A stretch of 64,000 nt of DNA from an uncultured bacterium (GTDB taxonomy: Bacteria > Chloroflexota > UBA5177 > JANWHV01). Positions 27,244 to 39,381 of this stretch are shown here, piece by piece. Position numbers and translations under genes: made by a program. Below the pieces are notes generated by a model that ran no database searches, was not told where the DNA came from, and worked only from the letters and a program-made list of their open reading frames with translations. Positions within the stretch are counted from its first letter, which is position 1. Every line of letters starts with the position of its first letter. Where the stretch lies: assembly GCA_963827235.1 (NCBI GenBank), contig CAWHAE010000012.1, positions 1,024,001 to 1,088,000 of the forward strand. The letters run 5' to 3'.

Positions 27244-30200
27244 ATGGCAACATCGTGTCTGCCTTCCGAGCCACACGTCACGTACCGCCAGCAGTATCGC
27301 CGGTGCGGCAAGGCTGCCTGCCTCAGATGCAGATCGGGTGACCTCGGTCACGGGCCGTACTGGTATGCGTTCTGGCGAGAAGGTGGGCGCCTGCGGTCGC
27401 GGTATGTCGGCAAGCATTTGCCGGCGGGCATGGAGGCCGGGGTCGAGTCTCCGCGCGTGCCTCAATCTCCGACTGTCGCTGCCCTACCGCTTCGGGTGCG
27501 TAGCCTGGGCGCCTTCGAGGTGCGGCGAGGCGACACAGTGATTACCGCCGGGGCCTGGCACCGGCGCGGACCTCTGGCGCTTTTCACCTGCCTGCTCAGC
27601 GCGCCGCGCCATAGCCTGCATCGGGAGCGAATCGCCGAGCTGCTGTGGCCGGAGGTGGACGCGGAGCGCAGCGCGCGGAACACGAGCCTCGCGGTGCATC
27701 GCCTGCGCAGAATCCTCCAGGAGAGCCCCTCCGGCGAGGGCTATGTTCGCATCGAGGGCGACATGCTCATCCTCTCGCCGGTGGAGAACGGTGACGCCCC
27801 GGCGGACTGGCTGGACGCCGAGGCATTCGAGAGATCCGCGGATACTGCCCTGGCCCAGCGATCTCTGGAAGCCTGCCGCTCGGCGCTGCAGCTATACAAC
27901 GGGGAGTACCTGCCAGGCGATCTGTACGACGAGTGGACGGCCGGGAGGAGAGACGCCTCCGCGTGCGTTACCTTGCGCTTCTTCTGCACCTGGCCGATCT
28001 TGCCGGCGTCGATGGCGACTTCGCGGCGGCGGAGACCGCACTGCGCTCTGCATTGGCCGGCGATCCCTGCCACGAGGATGCGGCCGCCCGCTTGATGGGT
28101 CTGCTGGCGGCGACCGGGCGACGTACGGAGGCTCTGCGGGTCTTCGACACCCTGGCCCAAGCGCTTCGCGATGAGCTGGGAGTACCTCCGTCCACCGATG
28201 TGCAGGCTTTGCGCAGGCGCCTGCTCGCCCAACAGACTCCCGCTGCTTCTCAGGTCCGACCCCCTGCGGCGCTTCCGCTCAATACCAATCTGCCCGCCGC
28301 GCCCACGAGCTTTGTTGGGCGCGAGCGCGACATGGCGGAAGTGCGTGGCCGCCTCGAGCCCGGCCGAATGCTCACGCTCACCGGCATAGGCGGATGCGGC
28401 AAGACGCGCCTGGCTCTGGAAGTCGCCAGACAGGCCCTCGACGCGTACCGTGATGGAGCGTGGCTTGTCGAGCTGGCGGCCATCGGCGCAGGGCCCGCGT
28501 CCTTCCCGGCGGTTGAGCGCGCACTGGCTACTGCCCTCGGACTGCACGAAGAAGCAGGCCGCACGCTCGACGAGACGATTGCGTCCTATCTGACCGGCCT
28601 CTGCGTGCTTGTCGTCCTGGACAACTGCGAGCACGTGCTCGAGGCGGCCGCCGTGCTCTCCGCCCGGCTGCTGCAGGCATCCCCGGCCCTTGCCGTGCTG
28701 GCGACCAGCCGGGAACGTCTCAACGTGCCGGGCGAGCGCCTCTACGCCGTTGCTCCGCTGCTCACGCCGCCACTCGACGTCGAAGCCGGCCGGCTTTCGC
28801 AGTATGAAGCCGCGGCCCTCTTCCTGACCCGTGCCTCCGACGTCTCTCGCGAGGACTTGCTCACGACCGCGAACACGGCGGCGGTGGCGCGGATCTCGCG
28901 ATCGCCTGGCAGGCATCCCCCTGGCCCTGGAGCTGGCCGCTGCTCGCGCCGCCAGCCTGCCCGTGACGACTATTGCCTCCCACCTCGACGACTGTTTTCG
29001 TCTGCTGGTCGGCGGGCCACGCACGGCTCTTCCCCGGCAACGCACGCTGCGTGCCGCATTGGACTGGAGCTATGCCCTTCTCACCGTACCGGAACGCGTG
29101 TTGCTGCGGCGCCTGACGGTCTTCGTCGGCGGCTGGACGCTGGAAGCGGTCGAGCTGGTGTGCTCCGATCCGCTGCCGGACCAGCTCGAATCCTCCCCGG
29201 ACCAGGTGTTCTCGTACGAGATGATCGACGTGCTGGCGAGCCTGGCCGCGAAGTCTCTGATACAACAGGAGGCCGGTGAGGATGGGGTACGCTTCCACAT
29301 GCTGGAGCCCGTACGCCAGTACGCAGCCGAGATGTTGGGCAACGCAGGAGAGGCAGTGGCGCTTCACGATCGCCATCTGCACTGGGCGCTCACGCTCAGC
29401 GGCGAGGCGGAATCGAGTCTCTCGCACGGCCCGGGGCAAGCACCGTGGATTGCCCGTCTGCGACGCGAGCACGACAACCTCCAGGCCGCGCTCACCTGGG
29501 CGATCGACCAGCACCAGGTCGAGCCGGGCCTCGTGCTCGCCGGCCGCCTGCATCGGTACTGGACGGAGCGCGGGCACCTGCGCGAGGGGTACTCCTTCCT
29601 CCGGGCGTTGCTGGCCACGCCAAATGTGGCGGAAGTGGTACCTGTCCCATTGCGCGCCAGAGCGCTGTACGAGGCCGCGTTCATGGCCAGGCGACTCGAG
29701 GACTGCGAGCAGGCCAGGCAGCTCGGCGAGGAGTCTCTTGCCCTGCACCGGCAGTGCGACGAGCTGCGGGCCAGCGCCGTGATCTGCATCAACATCCTTG
29801 GCCTGGTTGCGATGGCACAGGACGACCTCACGACGGCGGCGGAGCGATTCAACCAGTGCCTGGCCCTGGAGGCCGAGCAGGGCAACAAGCCAGCGCACGT
29901 CGGTACTTTGCTGGCCAACCTGGGCGTGGTCAGCCTGCTGCAGGAAGACTATCCTCGAGCACTGTCGTACGGACAAGAGGCGGCGCTGCTCTTACGAGGC
30001 GCGGGTGACATGGTCAATCTGTCGCTGGCGCTCCTGCTGATGGGCCTGGCACACGTAGACATGTGCGACGCGGAGTCCGCGGCTCCCTACATGGAGGAGA
30101 GCCTGCTCGTCGCCCAGGATCTCGATCTCGCGCTGAGGAAAGGCTTGGCTCAGCTCGGCCTGGCGATCGTCCTGTGCTGCAGGGAGCAGGACGCTGCCGC

Positions 30201-30525
30201 CGCGCAGCTGATGCATGAGGGCCTGTCCGTGTTGCGCCGGAGCGGCGAGCGGGCCATGGGTGTGGTGATCCTTTCCAGCTTGCCGCCGTCGCTCGCCGCC
30301 CGCCATCACCCCGAGACAGCCACACTGCTGTACGGGGCGCTGGCTGCCGACCACCAGCGACACCGGTGCAGTGAGGCCGTTCCATACATGGCCAGGCTGC
30401 ATCGCCGGATGCGGCCGGTAGCCGACGTGCTGTCCGAGCGTGCGTTCAGCGACCTCCTGGCGCGCGGACAAACGATGGTCCTCGACGAGGCAATAGACGC
30501 GGTCCTGCCGTGCGCGCAGGACTAG
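27244..30525 (+). CDS. DUF6788-wHTH/BTAD-ATPase-TPR regulator (AfsR/SARP-like); frameshifts at ~27953 and ~28897
   Basis: YRRCGKAACLRC..GHGPYWY; LY.GEYLPGDLYDEW; DP.HEDAAARLM; Walker A GIGGCGKT; VLDNCEH; LAGIPLALELAAAR; DWSY; TPR-like helices. Spread over three consecutive ORFs. Confidence 0.85.
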
Positions 30526-30886
30526 CCGGTCACGGCCCTCTCAGTTCCCCAATCGCGCGAGGTCCTTCAACCGGTCGCAGCCGGCGACCTGACTCCATCG
30601 TGCTACAGCCGGCAGCCCGGCTCACGCTGCCGCGCCGGAGACGCGGCCCCGGTGCAAGAACAGCGGTGTGCCCGCTTGCGCCCCGGCTCGCGATCTGCGC
30701 GGTAAAGGCCCGGCGCCTGGGCAGCGCCTGGTGAGCTCAGGCGGCCGCCCGGCCGGATCGTGACTTCAGGCCGGAAAGCGCGCGAATCGGCGTCCGTTGA
30801 GCCCCCCAAAAGGGGACTTACTGAGCCGCGCGCGCTGTGGCAGACTTGAGAGGTAGCGCGACAACCGGGATGGAAAGGGAAGGGCC

Positions 30887-32137
30887 ATGCCCGCTGTTCA
30901 GGCGTCCGGATCGAGCAACGCGCCGCTTGGTCAGGGTGCCGGCCGGACCGAACCCGGGTTTGCGCCGGCATTCCGGCATGTATCGCAGTGGGGCGCGGCG
31001 TTTCTCCTCCCGCTGTTCGTCGTGGTCTGCGTCGGCGTCGCGAACTACCGCGCCGGCCCCGACGCGCGGGCCGTGGCCGACGTTGCCGGGCTCGGCGTGA
31101 TCGCCATCCTCGGCTTTCACCAGCTTCTTGCGCGCGGCACCACGGCCAGGCAATCGGGCGAACTGCGGCGACTCAACCAGGAGATCCACGCCTTGCGTGT
31201 CGACAACGACGCCCTCGGCCGCGCGAACAGAGAGCTGGAGCGAAGGACCACGGCCGGCGGTCTTGCCGCGCCGGCAGCCATCGGACTGGGACCGGCGGGA
31301 TGCACGGCCCACGATGCGCCGCGCGACCGTCACGGTGCAGTGCCGCCTGCCGTAGCCACCCGCCTGGACAGGGCGATTGCCGGCGACGAGCTCATCTTGC
31401 ACTACCAGCCGCAAATCGACCTGCGCACGAGCGAGGTCTATGGCGTAGAAGCCCTCGTACGCTGGAATCATCCAGTGGAAGGGCTGATACCGCCCGATCG
31501 CTTCATCTCGACGGCCGAGCAGACCGGCGCCATTGTACCGCTCACGGCATGGGTACTGGAGAAAGCACTGTCCCAAAGCCGCGCCTGGCGCGAGGCCGGC
31601 ATCGACCTGATCATGTCAGTCAACATCTCGCGGCAGAACCTGCGCGATCCCGAGCTCTGCCGCACGGTCTCCTCGGCGCTCACGCGCCATGAGGTGCCAA
31701 GCGATCGCCTGTGCCTCGAGCTGACCGAGAGCATCGTGATGGCCGACGTCGAGGAGGCCCTGAGAGTGCTGCGCAGTCTGTCGTCGCTCGGGGTGCACCT
31801 GAGTATCGACGATTTCGGCACGGGTTACTCAAGCCTATCCTACCTCTCCCGCCTGCCGGTGGAAGAGCTCAAGATCGACCGCTCGTTCGTGCAACGCATG
31901 GCAACTGATCCCAACGACGCCACGATCGTGGCCTCTACGATTGGACTCGGTCGCTCGCTGGGACTGCGCGTGGTCACAGAAGGCGTGGAAAACGCCGACA
32001 CGCTGGCTCTGCTCGGCACTCTCGACTGTGACGCCGCTCAGGGTTTCCACTTTGCCCGGCCCTTGCCGCCTCAAGACTTCGACCGGTGGCTGCTCGCCCC
32101 CGACGCGCCTGCCATTGGGCCAGGACCGAGAGACTGA
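30887..32137 (+). CDS. Membrane-anchored EAL domain c-di-GMP phosphodiesterase
   Basis: Two TMs and a coiled coil; EALVRW, SVNIS, LELTE, DDFGTGYSSL, KID, EGVE and QG all intact. Confidence 0.92.
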   Translation: MPAVQASGSSNAPLGQGAGRTEPGFAPAFRHVSQWGAAFLLPLFVVVCVGVANYRAGPDARAVADVAGLGVIAILGFHQLLARGTTARQSGELRRLNQEIHALRVDNDALGRANRELERRTTAGGLAAPAAIGLGPAGCTAHDAPRDRHGAVPPAVATRLDRAIAGDELILHYQPQIDLRTSEVYGVEALVRWNHPVEGLIPPDRFISTAEQTGAIVPLTAWVLEKALSQSRAWREAGIDLIMSVNISRQNLRDPELCRTVSSALTRHEVPSDRLCLELTESIVMADVEEALRVLRSLSSLGVHLSIDDFGTGYSSLSYLSRLPVEELKIDRSFVQRMATDPNDATIVASTIGLGRSLGLRVVTEGVENADTLALLGTLDCDAAQGFHFARPLPPQDFDRWLLAPDAPAIGPGPRD

Positions 32138-32296
32138 CCGTCCCTTCGCACGAGTCCGGTCCGGCGCCCGTGCGTGGTAGATGGATGCAGGAAACCACAA
32201 CATGTCGTACCAACCAGAATGGCTATGTCCTCTCCCTTGCGGAGTACATGGGACTGTGCCATCATCTAAGTAGTGCATCGAGAAGGAAGTACGACC

Positions 32297-32674
32297 ATGA
32301 TCACAATGAAGCGTCAGCCCGGCGGTCTGCTGACCGGCACCCTTATGCTTATGGCTCTGGCGGTGGTTATCGCCGTGCTGTCGGGCGACCTGTTGCTCCT
32401 GCTGGCAGTTGGTTGCGCTGTTGCAGGCGTCATGGTGCTGAGCAGGCCTTCTCGCAGGCCGGCGCCGGTTCACGTGAGTGCCGGCCGGCACGAGATGGTC
32501 GAGAGCCGCCGGGCGGTTCTCCCTGAGCGCGTGGTGGTCCATCCCGCCGGCTGGTCAACGGCCAAGAGCCGCGGAGCTGTACGGCTACGCACGGGCCGCG
32601 CTGCCGGTTGGCAGCGCCGACCGTACATCGCCGCTGCGGATACCGGGTTCCCCGTGATACAGGTGCTCCGCTAA
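32297..32674 (+). CDS. Small hypothetical two-TM protein
   Basis: AGAAGGAA RBS; hydrophobic hairpin followed by a basic tail. Confidence 0.55.
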   Translation: MITMKRQPGGLLTGTLMLMALAVVIAVLSGDLLLLLAVGCAVAGVMVLSRPSRRPAPVHVSAGRHEMVESRRAVLPERVVVHPAGWSTAKSRGAVRLRTGRAAGWQRRPYIAAADTGFPVIQVLR

Positions 32675-33144
32675 GCACGATGCCGTACGGGCGGTAGCAC
32701 TTTTTGCCGGCCTGAGTTGCGAGATGCATCGTACGTGTGCCCGCGCTCGCGAGCGCGCGGAGCGTGGCTCTCTGAGTTGGCGCACGGTCGGGGCGGCGAA
32801 CGATCGGGCATCGTCTGCAGATCCAGGGCGGCCCGCCTGGACATCGTGACCAAGTGGCTCGTTGTCCTACCACGATCAGGGCCGTGGCGGGCATGTCAGG
32901 AGGCGGTCGAGACGGCCGCGGTCCCGGGATCGCCGAGCCCAAGCCTGGATCACACGGTGCAGGTCCGTCCCTCGCAGGAAGACTCAGGGGCGCTAGGTGA
33001 CACGCGCCGGTACAATCCTGTCATGGAAGTGTGCGTGCGCTCCACCGCCGGGGATCGGTTCAGCGTAGTGCCGCGGTGCCGGGGCAGGTCGCCGGCGCGA
33101 AGGCACGCCGCTGATCGTCCTATCCCGTTCCCTGTTCCCATGCG

Positions 33145-34264
33145 GTGATCGGCATGGAGAATCCGGGCCCGAGCGCCGGTACGCTGAGCGTGCAGGTTCG
33201 CAAACAGATAGGCGGCATCGTGCTCGACGCGGATCTTTCGTTCGAGCCCGGCGTCACCACCGTGGTCGGTCCGAGCGGCGCCGGCAAGACAACCCTGCTC
33301 CGGCTGATATCCGGTCTCGCGCTGCCAGATCGAGGCGCCATTCGACTGGGAGATACGGTGCTCGACGACGCCGCGACGGGCTTCCATCTCGAACCCGGTA
33401 AGCGGCGCATCGGCCTGGTCTTTCAAGAGTACGCCCTCTTCCCGCATCTCTCCGTCTATCACAACGTCGCCTACGGCCTGGTGGCACGGGGCGTGCGGCG
33501 CTCCACCAGACGCGTGCAGGTAGGCGCGATGCTCGAACGCCTGGGCATCGCCGGACTGGCCGGAGAACACCCATCCAGACTGTCGGGCGGCCAGCGGCAA
33601 CGGGTGGCACTGGCGCGCGCGCTCGTGCTCGAACCCAGCGTGCTGCTCCTGGACGAGCCGCTGGCAGCGCTGGACGTGCAGACTCGCTCGTCCGTGCGGC
33701 ATCAGCTCCAGGGCGTGCTCGGGGATCTGCAGGTGCCCTGCCTGCTCGTCACGCACGACTATGCCGACGTCCTGGCGTTCCAGCACCGGGTCGTCATCCT
33801 GGCCGACGGCAAGGTCGTCCAGGATGGTCCCCACTCAGACCTGCTGGCGCACCCGCGCGACGAAGTTCGTGGCCGATTTTACCGGTGTCAACTTCTATAC
33901 CGCAACCCTCGGGGAGCACGACGTGCTCCACCTGGCAACGGCCGACGTGGCGCCGGACGTGCGCATGTACGTGTTGGCCGAGGATGTGCCGAGCGGCGCG
34001 GTCACCATCGGGCTCAAGCCCTGGGACATCACGCTGTCGGTCCACATGCCCGAGGGCTCCGCCAGGAACGTGCTAGCCGGCGCCGTGCAGGAGGTCCAGC
34101 CGGCCGGCGGCCGCGTGCGAGTGCTTCTCAAGGTCGGACAGTCACGCGAGGTGCCGTTGGTCGCCGAGATCAGCCACGAAGCGATGGCCTCGCTCGGCTG
34201 CACCCCCGGTCAGGCGCTCTTTGCCGCCTTCAAGGCCACCGCGCTGAGCGTCGGACCGGCGTAG
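33145..34264 (+). CDS. ABC ATPase, ModC/CysA-like with TOBE domains; frameshift at ~33860
   Basis: GPSGAGKT, LSGGQRQR, LLLDEP and VTHD; the second frame has SARNVL.G.V and AAFKAT TOBE motifs. Confidence 0.85.
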
Positions 34265-34274
34265 TCCGCTCGCC

Positions 34275-34876
34275 TCAGTCCTCTCGCACGCCGGCCAGGG
34301 GAAACGTGGCGATTGGCGTGTAGCGCGGTCCGCCCGGACCGAGATCGCTGCGCATCAGGTGCACGTCACGCACCTCGAATGGAGACAGCGAGCGGCACGC
34401 CAGCGCGCTCCAGAGCCGGCCGATCTCCGCCCGGTCCTGCGCGTGATCGTGTCGTCTCGCACGCGCCCCACCGTGAGATGGGCGCTGAACGACTCATTCG
34501 GCAGCGAGACGCCGCCGTTGCGGAGCGCGCCGCAGAGACCCTCTCGCAAGCCGGCAAGCACCTCCACGCCAGAGCCGGCGCCGACCCAGAGCACGCGAGG
34601 ACGCGCCGCGCCCGGGGAAGCAGCCAGTACCCTCCACGGCCAGCCGAAAAGCGCGCACACCACGGCACAGCTCGGCCGCGAGCACGCTCGACGGTGCTCA
34701 CCTCGTCCGGGCGGGCGCTCGCCCAGGAAAATGAGCGTGAAGTGCCAGAGATCGGCGCGCACCCAGCGGACCCGCGGAAAGCGGTCACGCAGCGGACCGG
34801 CAGCGGCGTCGATCGCCGCCCGGACCGCGTCCGGCACGGGCACGGCCAGAAACACCCGCAATGCCAGATCTTTCAT
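34275..34876 (-). CDS. thpR: RNA 2',3'-cyclic phosphodiesterase (2H family); several frameshifts
   Basis: RVFLAV, WHFTLIFLG, PRVLWVG, AHLTVGR and LMRSDLGPGGPRY across frames; -10 TACACT lies 6 nt before the ATG. Confidence 0.75.
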
Positions 34877-34912
34877 GCTGGCAGTGTAGCGCAGCGACTC
34901 GCACCGCTGTGG

Positions 34913-35519
34913 CTAGCCGGCCGCCGCCTCCATGTGCTCGGTGCTGTTCCACGAGTCTGATCACCGGCTGATCGTGCTCGTATCCGAGCACAGAAATCGA
35001 CGCCGCGCACAGCTCGAACAGACGCCCCGCCACCGCCGGCAGTGCCAGCCAGCGTGCCGCCAGCACTCGCAAGGCGTGACCATGCCCGAACAGCAGGGAG
35101 CGCCCATCCGCCGCCCGCAGGTCGGCGATGATTCGATCGCATCGATCGCCGACCGACTCGACGGTCTCACCGCCGGGCAGAGGCATGCTCCATACCGACC
35201 AGTCCGGAATGCCGCGCGCGCATATCCGCTGTGGTCAGCCCGTCCACGCTCGCCGTAATCCCGCTCGGCCAGCTCCTCGCGAACCACCATCCGGGCGCCG
35301 AACCCAGCCAGCGCGCAGGTGTCACGTGCGCGAGAGAGGGGACTGGCATACACGCGATCGAACGACTGGCCGGACAGCGCCCGGCCCACGCGCTCCGCCT
35401 GCCTCCGCCCTTCGTCGGTGAGTGGGATGTCGCGTCCGTCCCGTGTGCCGGCCGCTCATGCTCCAGGACGTCTCACCATGCCTCACCAGCACGACCTCGC
35501 GGTCGCGCAGCCTCACCAC
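34913..35519 (-). CDS. Histidine phosphatase family protein; several frameshifts
   Basis: LVRHGET.WS.SGRHTG, SPLSRARDT, PGGE and FGHGHALR split over three or four frames; start overlaps the zwf stop. Confidence 0.75.
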
Positions 35520-37054
35520 GGCGCATGCCACTTCCGGTTGTCACGCGCCAGGAGGTCGGCCGCGGCGCGTGGTCCCCACGTGCCGGCGGCGTAGGGCGGG
35601 ATCTCCTCGTCGTCGGTGGCCCACCGGGCCAGGAGGTCGTCGACGAACGCCCAGGAGAGCTCGACCTCGTCCGATCGCGTGAACAGCGTCCGTTCGCCCA
35701 GCGCGCAGTCGAGTATCAGCCGTTCGTAGGCGTCGGGTGAGGCGGTCGAGAACGACGCCTCGTATTTGAATTCCATGTCGACCGATCGGAGGAGCATGGC
35801 CGGCCCCGGCTGCTTGGCACCGAACCGCAGAATGATCCCTTCGTCCGGCTGCAGGCGCAGCACCAGAAGGTCGGGCTCGAGAGCCTTCGAGCCCGCGGCG
35901 CTGAAGGGCAGGTGCGGAACGCCCTTGAATTGCACGACGATCTCGGAGACGCGTCTCGGCAGCCGCTTGCCATGACGCAGATAGAACGGTGTTCCGGCCC
36001 AGCGCCAGTTGTCGATGCCGACCCTGAGGGCCACGAACGTCTCGGTGCGGGATCGCGGATTGACACCGGGCTCCTGGGTGTAGCCCGATACGAGAACACT
36101 GTCGATCGTGCCCGGACTGTACTGGCCGCGAACAGCGTCGCGTTCCAGATGGCTGGAATGGAATGGGTGCAGGGCCTTCAGCACTTTGACCTTCTCATCG
36201 CGCACGGCTTCCGCCTCCAGCGTCACCGGCGGCTCCATGGCCATCAACGCCAGCACCTGCAGCAGGTGATTCTGCACGACGTCGCGTAGTGCGCCGGCGC
36301 TCTCATAGTAGCTGGCCCGGCCTTCGATGCCGATCTCCTCGGCCACCGTGATCTGCACGTGGTCGATGTGCTGCGAGCTCCAGACAGGCTCCCAGAGCCT
36401 GTTGGCGAACCGGAAGGCCAGGATGTTCTGCACCGTCTCCTTGCCGAGGTAGTGGTCGATACGATAGACCTCGTCCTCCTCGAATACACTGCGCACCAGC
36501 TGGTTCAGCTCCTTGCCGGACGCCAGATCGTGCCCGAACGGCTTCTCGACGATGATGCGCGACCAGCCGCTCTCTCCATTGCGGTGGCCCAAGCCAACCC
36601 GGCCCAGGTTCTCCACGATGGCGGGAAACACATTCGGGGGCGTGGAGAAGTAGAAGAGATAGTTGCCGCGCGTGCCGAACGCGCGGTCGACTTCCTGCAG
36701 CCGTTCCAGGAGGCCGGTGTACGCAGCCGGATCGTCGTAGCTTCCCTGCATGTATCTGATGGCAGGGCAGAGCGTTTCCCACACGTCCGCGCGAATAGGC
36801 CTGCTGCGCGAGAAGCGCTCGAGCCCGGATCGCATGTTGGCGCGAAACTCATCGTCGGTGAGCGTATGACGGCCGAAGCCGAGGATAGCGGTATTCGAGG
36901 CAAGAATGCCGCTCAAGGCGAGGTTGTAGAGTGCCGGGAGCAGCTTGCGCGTGGTCAGGTCGCCGGAAGCGCCGAAAATGACTATCACGCAGGGCGGCGC
37001 GGCGCGCTCCAGCGGCACGGGCACGGGCACGGCATCCGGAGTCTTCGTCAGCAT
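35513..37054 (-). CDS. zwf: Glucose-6-phosphate 1-dehydrogenase
   Basis: IFGASGDLT, EKPFG, RIDHYLGKETVQN and RWAGTPFYLR. Confidence 0.98.
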   Translation of the reverse strand: MLTKTPDAVPVPVPLERAAPPCVIVIFGASGDLTTRKLLPALYNLALSGILASNTAILGFGRHTLTDDEFRANMRSGLERFSRSRPIRADVWETLCPAIRYMQGSYDDPAAYTGLLERLQEVDRAFGTRGNYLFYFSTPPNVFPAIVENLGRVGLGHRNGESGWSRIIVEKPFGHDLASGKELNQLVRSVFEEDEVYRIDHYLGKETVQNILAFRFANRLWEPVWSSQHIDHVQITVAEEIGIEGRASYYESAGALRDVVQNHLLQVLALMAMEPPVTLEAEAVRDEKVKVLKALHPFHSSHLERDAVRGQYSPGTIDSVLVSGYTQEPGVNPRSRTETFVALRVGIDNWRWAGTPFYLRHGKRLPRRVSEIVVQFKGVPHLPFSAAGSKALEPDLLVLRLQPDEGIILRFGAKQPGPAMLLRSVDMEFKYEASFSTASPDAYERLILDCALGERTLFTRSDEVELSWAFVDDLLARWATDDEEIPPYAAGTWGPRAAADLLARDNRKWHAPW

Positions 37055-37346
37055 CAGGTGATCGTTCCTTTCCTGTAGCGGAACGGGCCTGCTCGGAGGC
37101 GCGTCGCGCAAGGCATTGGTTGCGCGACGCGTCACTTCTGACGATCGCCGGTGAGGAGGCCCTACTCTCTATATAGCGGAACCAGCACTATAGTCTCCGG
37201 CGCCGATGCGGAACACACGCTGTGCGCCGGAGGCAAGGACCGGAGCCGGGAGTTGCTCCTACTCTGCGCCAGGGCTACCTTACATCCTGTTGGTCGCGGT
37301 GCGTTGCACGGATCGCTCCGTGCATTCAGATTTGGAGGCAAAACCG

Positions 37347-39305
37347 GTGCACGAACAGCATGTTCCCCTGCTTCCGCGCCGCCTGTTCTTCGGCAACCCG
37401 GACAGGGCGGCAGTGCAGCTCAGTCCCGATGGAGAGTATCTCAGCTTTCTGGCGCCTCTTGACGGTGTGCTCAACGTGTGGACGGGATCCGCGGAGAACC
37501 CGGATCTCGCCCAGCCGTTGACGCATGATACCGGCCGGGGTATACGGCGCTATGTGTGGGCCTACGACAGCCGTCACGTCCTGTACATCCAGGACAAAGA
37601 AGGCGACGAGAACTGGCGGCTATACGGCGTGGACGTGCAATCGGGTGTGACGCGAGATTTCACGCCCGTCGACGGCGTGCAGGCCCGCATCCAGCACATG
37701 AGCCGGCACAATCCCGGCCAGATCTTGATCGGACTGAACGCCCGCCGGAAGGAGTTCCACGACATCTACCGGCTGGACCTCGCGTCGGGCGAGCGCACGC
37801 TCGTCCAGGAGAACGACGACTTTGCCGGCTTCATAACCGACGACCGGTACAACGTGCGGTTTGGCGAGCGAATGACGCCGGAAGGCGGAGCCGATCTGAT
37901 GAGTCCGATTGCCGGCGGCGGATGGCAGGAGTACCTGTCCATCCCCATGGAAGACCTGCTCACCACGCATCCGTTCACGTTCGATGCGAGCGGGGAGACG
38001 CTGTACATGGCGCACAGCCTCGGGCGGAATACTGCCGCCCTGGTTGCGTTGGAGATCGCATCCGGCCGGGCGAGCGTGCTGTGCGAGGACGTGCGCGCCG
38101 ACGTCGCGGACGTCCTCGTACATCCGACCGAAAGGACCGTCCAGGCGGCTGCCTTCAACTATGCCCGGAAAGAGTGGCAGGTGCTCGATCCGGCGATCGC
38201 CGGCGATCTGGAGGTGCTCCGCGCCGTAGCCGGAGGGGATCTGGAGATCATCAGCCGCACGCTCGACGATCGATACTGGATCGCCGCCTACCTGATGGAC
38301 GATGGCCCGGTACGCTACTATCGCTACGATAGGTCGACACGAACCGCCGGCTTTCTCTTCACCAATCGCCGGAGCCTCGAGGGTGTGCCGCTGGCCGGGA
38401 TGCGGCCCGTGATCATACCCGCTCGCGACGGGCTCAACCTGGTCGGCTATCTCACTTTGCCGGTCGACAGCGAGCCGAACCGGGAAGGTAAGCCGGCTCA
38501 AGCGCGGCCGCTGGTCCTGCTCGTGCACGGCGGACCGTGGGCGCGAGATTCCTGGGGCTTTCACCCAATACACCAATGGTTGGCCAATCGGGGCTATGCC
38601 GTGCTGAGCGTCAACTACCGCGCTTCCGTGGGCTTCGGCAAAGCGTTCGTGAACGCAGGCAACCTCGAATGGGCGGGGCGCATGCACGACGACCTGGTGG
38701 ATGCCGTTGCATGGGCAATCGAACAGGGCATTGCCGATCGGGAATGCGTGGCGATCATGGGCGGCAGCTACGGCGGCTTCGCCACGCTGGTCGGCCTCAC
38801 CTTCACGCCCGAGCTCTTCACCTGCGGCGTGGACATCGTCGGCCCCTCGAGTCTCGTCACGTTGCTGGAGTCGATTCCACCCTACTGGAAACCCCAGGTC
38901 GAGCTTTTCGCGACGCGTGTCGGCGACCATCGCACGGAGGAGGGCAGGGCCTTCCTGACCGAGCGCTCGCCACTCAATCGGGTGGACCGCATCTGCCGTC
39001 CTCTGCTGATCGGCCAGGGAGCCAACGATCCGCGCGTCAAGCAGGCCGAGTCGGACCAGATCGTGGCGGCGATGCGCGAGCATTCGGTGCCGGTGACCTA
39101 CGTGCTCTACCCGGATGAGGGGCACGGCTTCGGGCGGCCGGAGAACAATCTCTCCTTCTACGCGATCGCCGAATCGTTTCTTGGACAGTGCCTCGGCGGC
39201 CGCGTGGAGCCGATTGGCGAGGACTTTGCCGGATCCAGCGTGACCGTGGTAGCAGGGGCCGAGGGTATACCGGGCCTGAGCAAGAAGCAGTGGAAGACAG
39301 GGTAA
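37347..39305 (+). CDS. S9 family peptidase (dipeptidyl aminopeptidase/acylaminoacyl peptidase)
   Basis: [19 protein letters not shown] and DEGHGF catalytic triad; GGAGG RBS before GTG. Confidence 0.95.
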   Translation: MHEQHVPLLPRRLFFGNPDRAAVQLSPDGEYLSFLAPLDGVLNVWTGSAENPDLAQPLTHDTGRGIRRYVWAYDSRHVLYIQDKEGDENWRLYGVDVQSGVTRDFTPVDGVQARIQHMSRHNPGQILIGLNARRKEFHDIYRLDLASGERTLVQENDDFAGFITDDRYNVRFGERMTPEGGADLMSPIAGGGWQEYLSIPMEDLLTTHPFTFDASGETLYMAHSLGRNTAALVALEIASGRASVLCEDVRADVADVLVHPTERTVQAAAFNYARKEWQVLDPAIAGDLEVLRAVAGGDLEIISRTLDDRYWIAAYLMDDGPVRYYRYDRSTRTAGFLFTNRRSLEGVPLAGMRPVIIPARDGLNLVGYLTLPVDSEPNREGKPAQARPLVLLVHGGPWARDSWGFHPIHQWLANRGYAVLSVNYRASVGFGKAFVNAGNLEWAGRMHDDLVDAVAWAIEQGIADRECVAIMGGSYGGFATLVGLTFTPELFTCGVDIVGPSSLVTLLESIPPYWKPQVELFATRVGDHRTEEGRAFLTERSPLNRVDRICRPLLIGQGANDPRVKQAESDQIVAAMREHSVPVTYVLYPDEGHGFGRPENNLSFYAIAESFLGQCLGGRVEPIGEDFAGSSVTVVAGAEGIPGLSKKQWKTG

Positions 39306-39381
39306 GAAGTCGAGCCCAGCCGTAGGGCGAGCGGCGATTGATCGGGCAGCCGGGATGCCCGGCTGTGAAGTGAGGAGAAGC

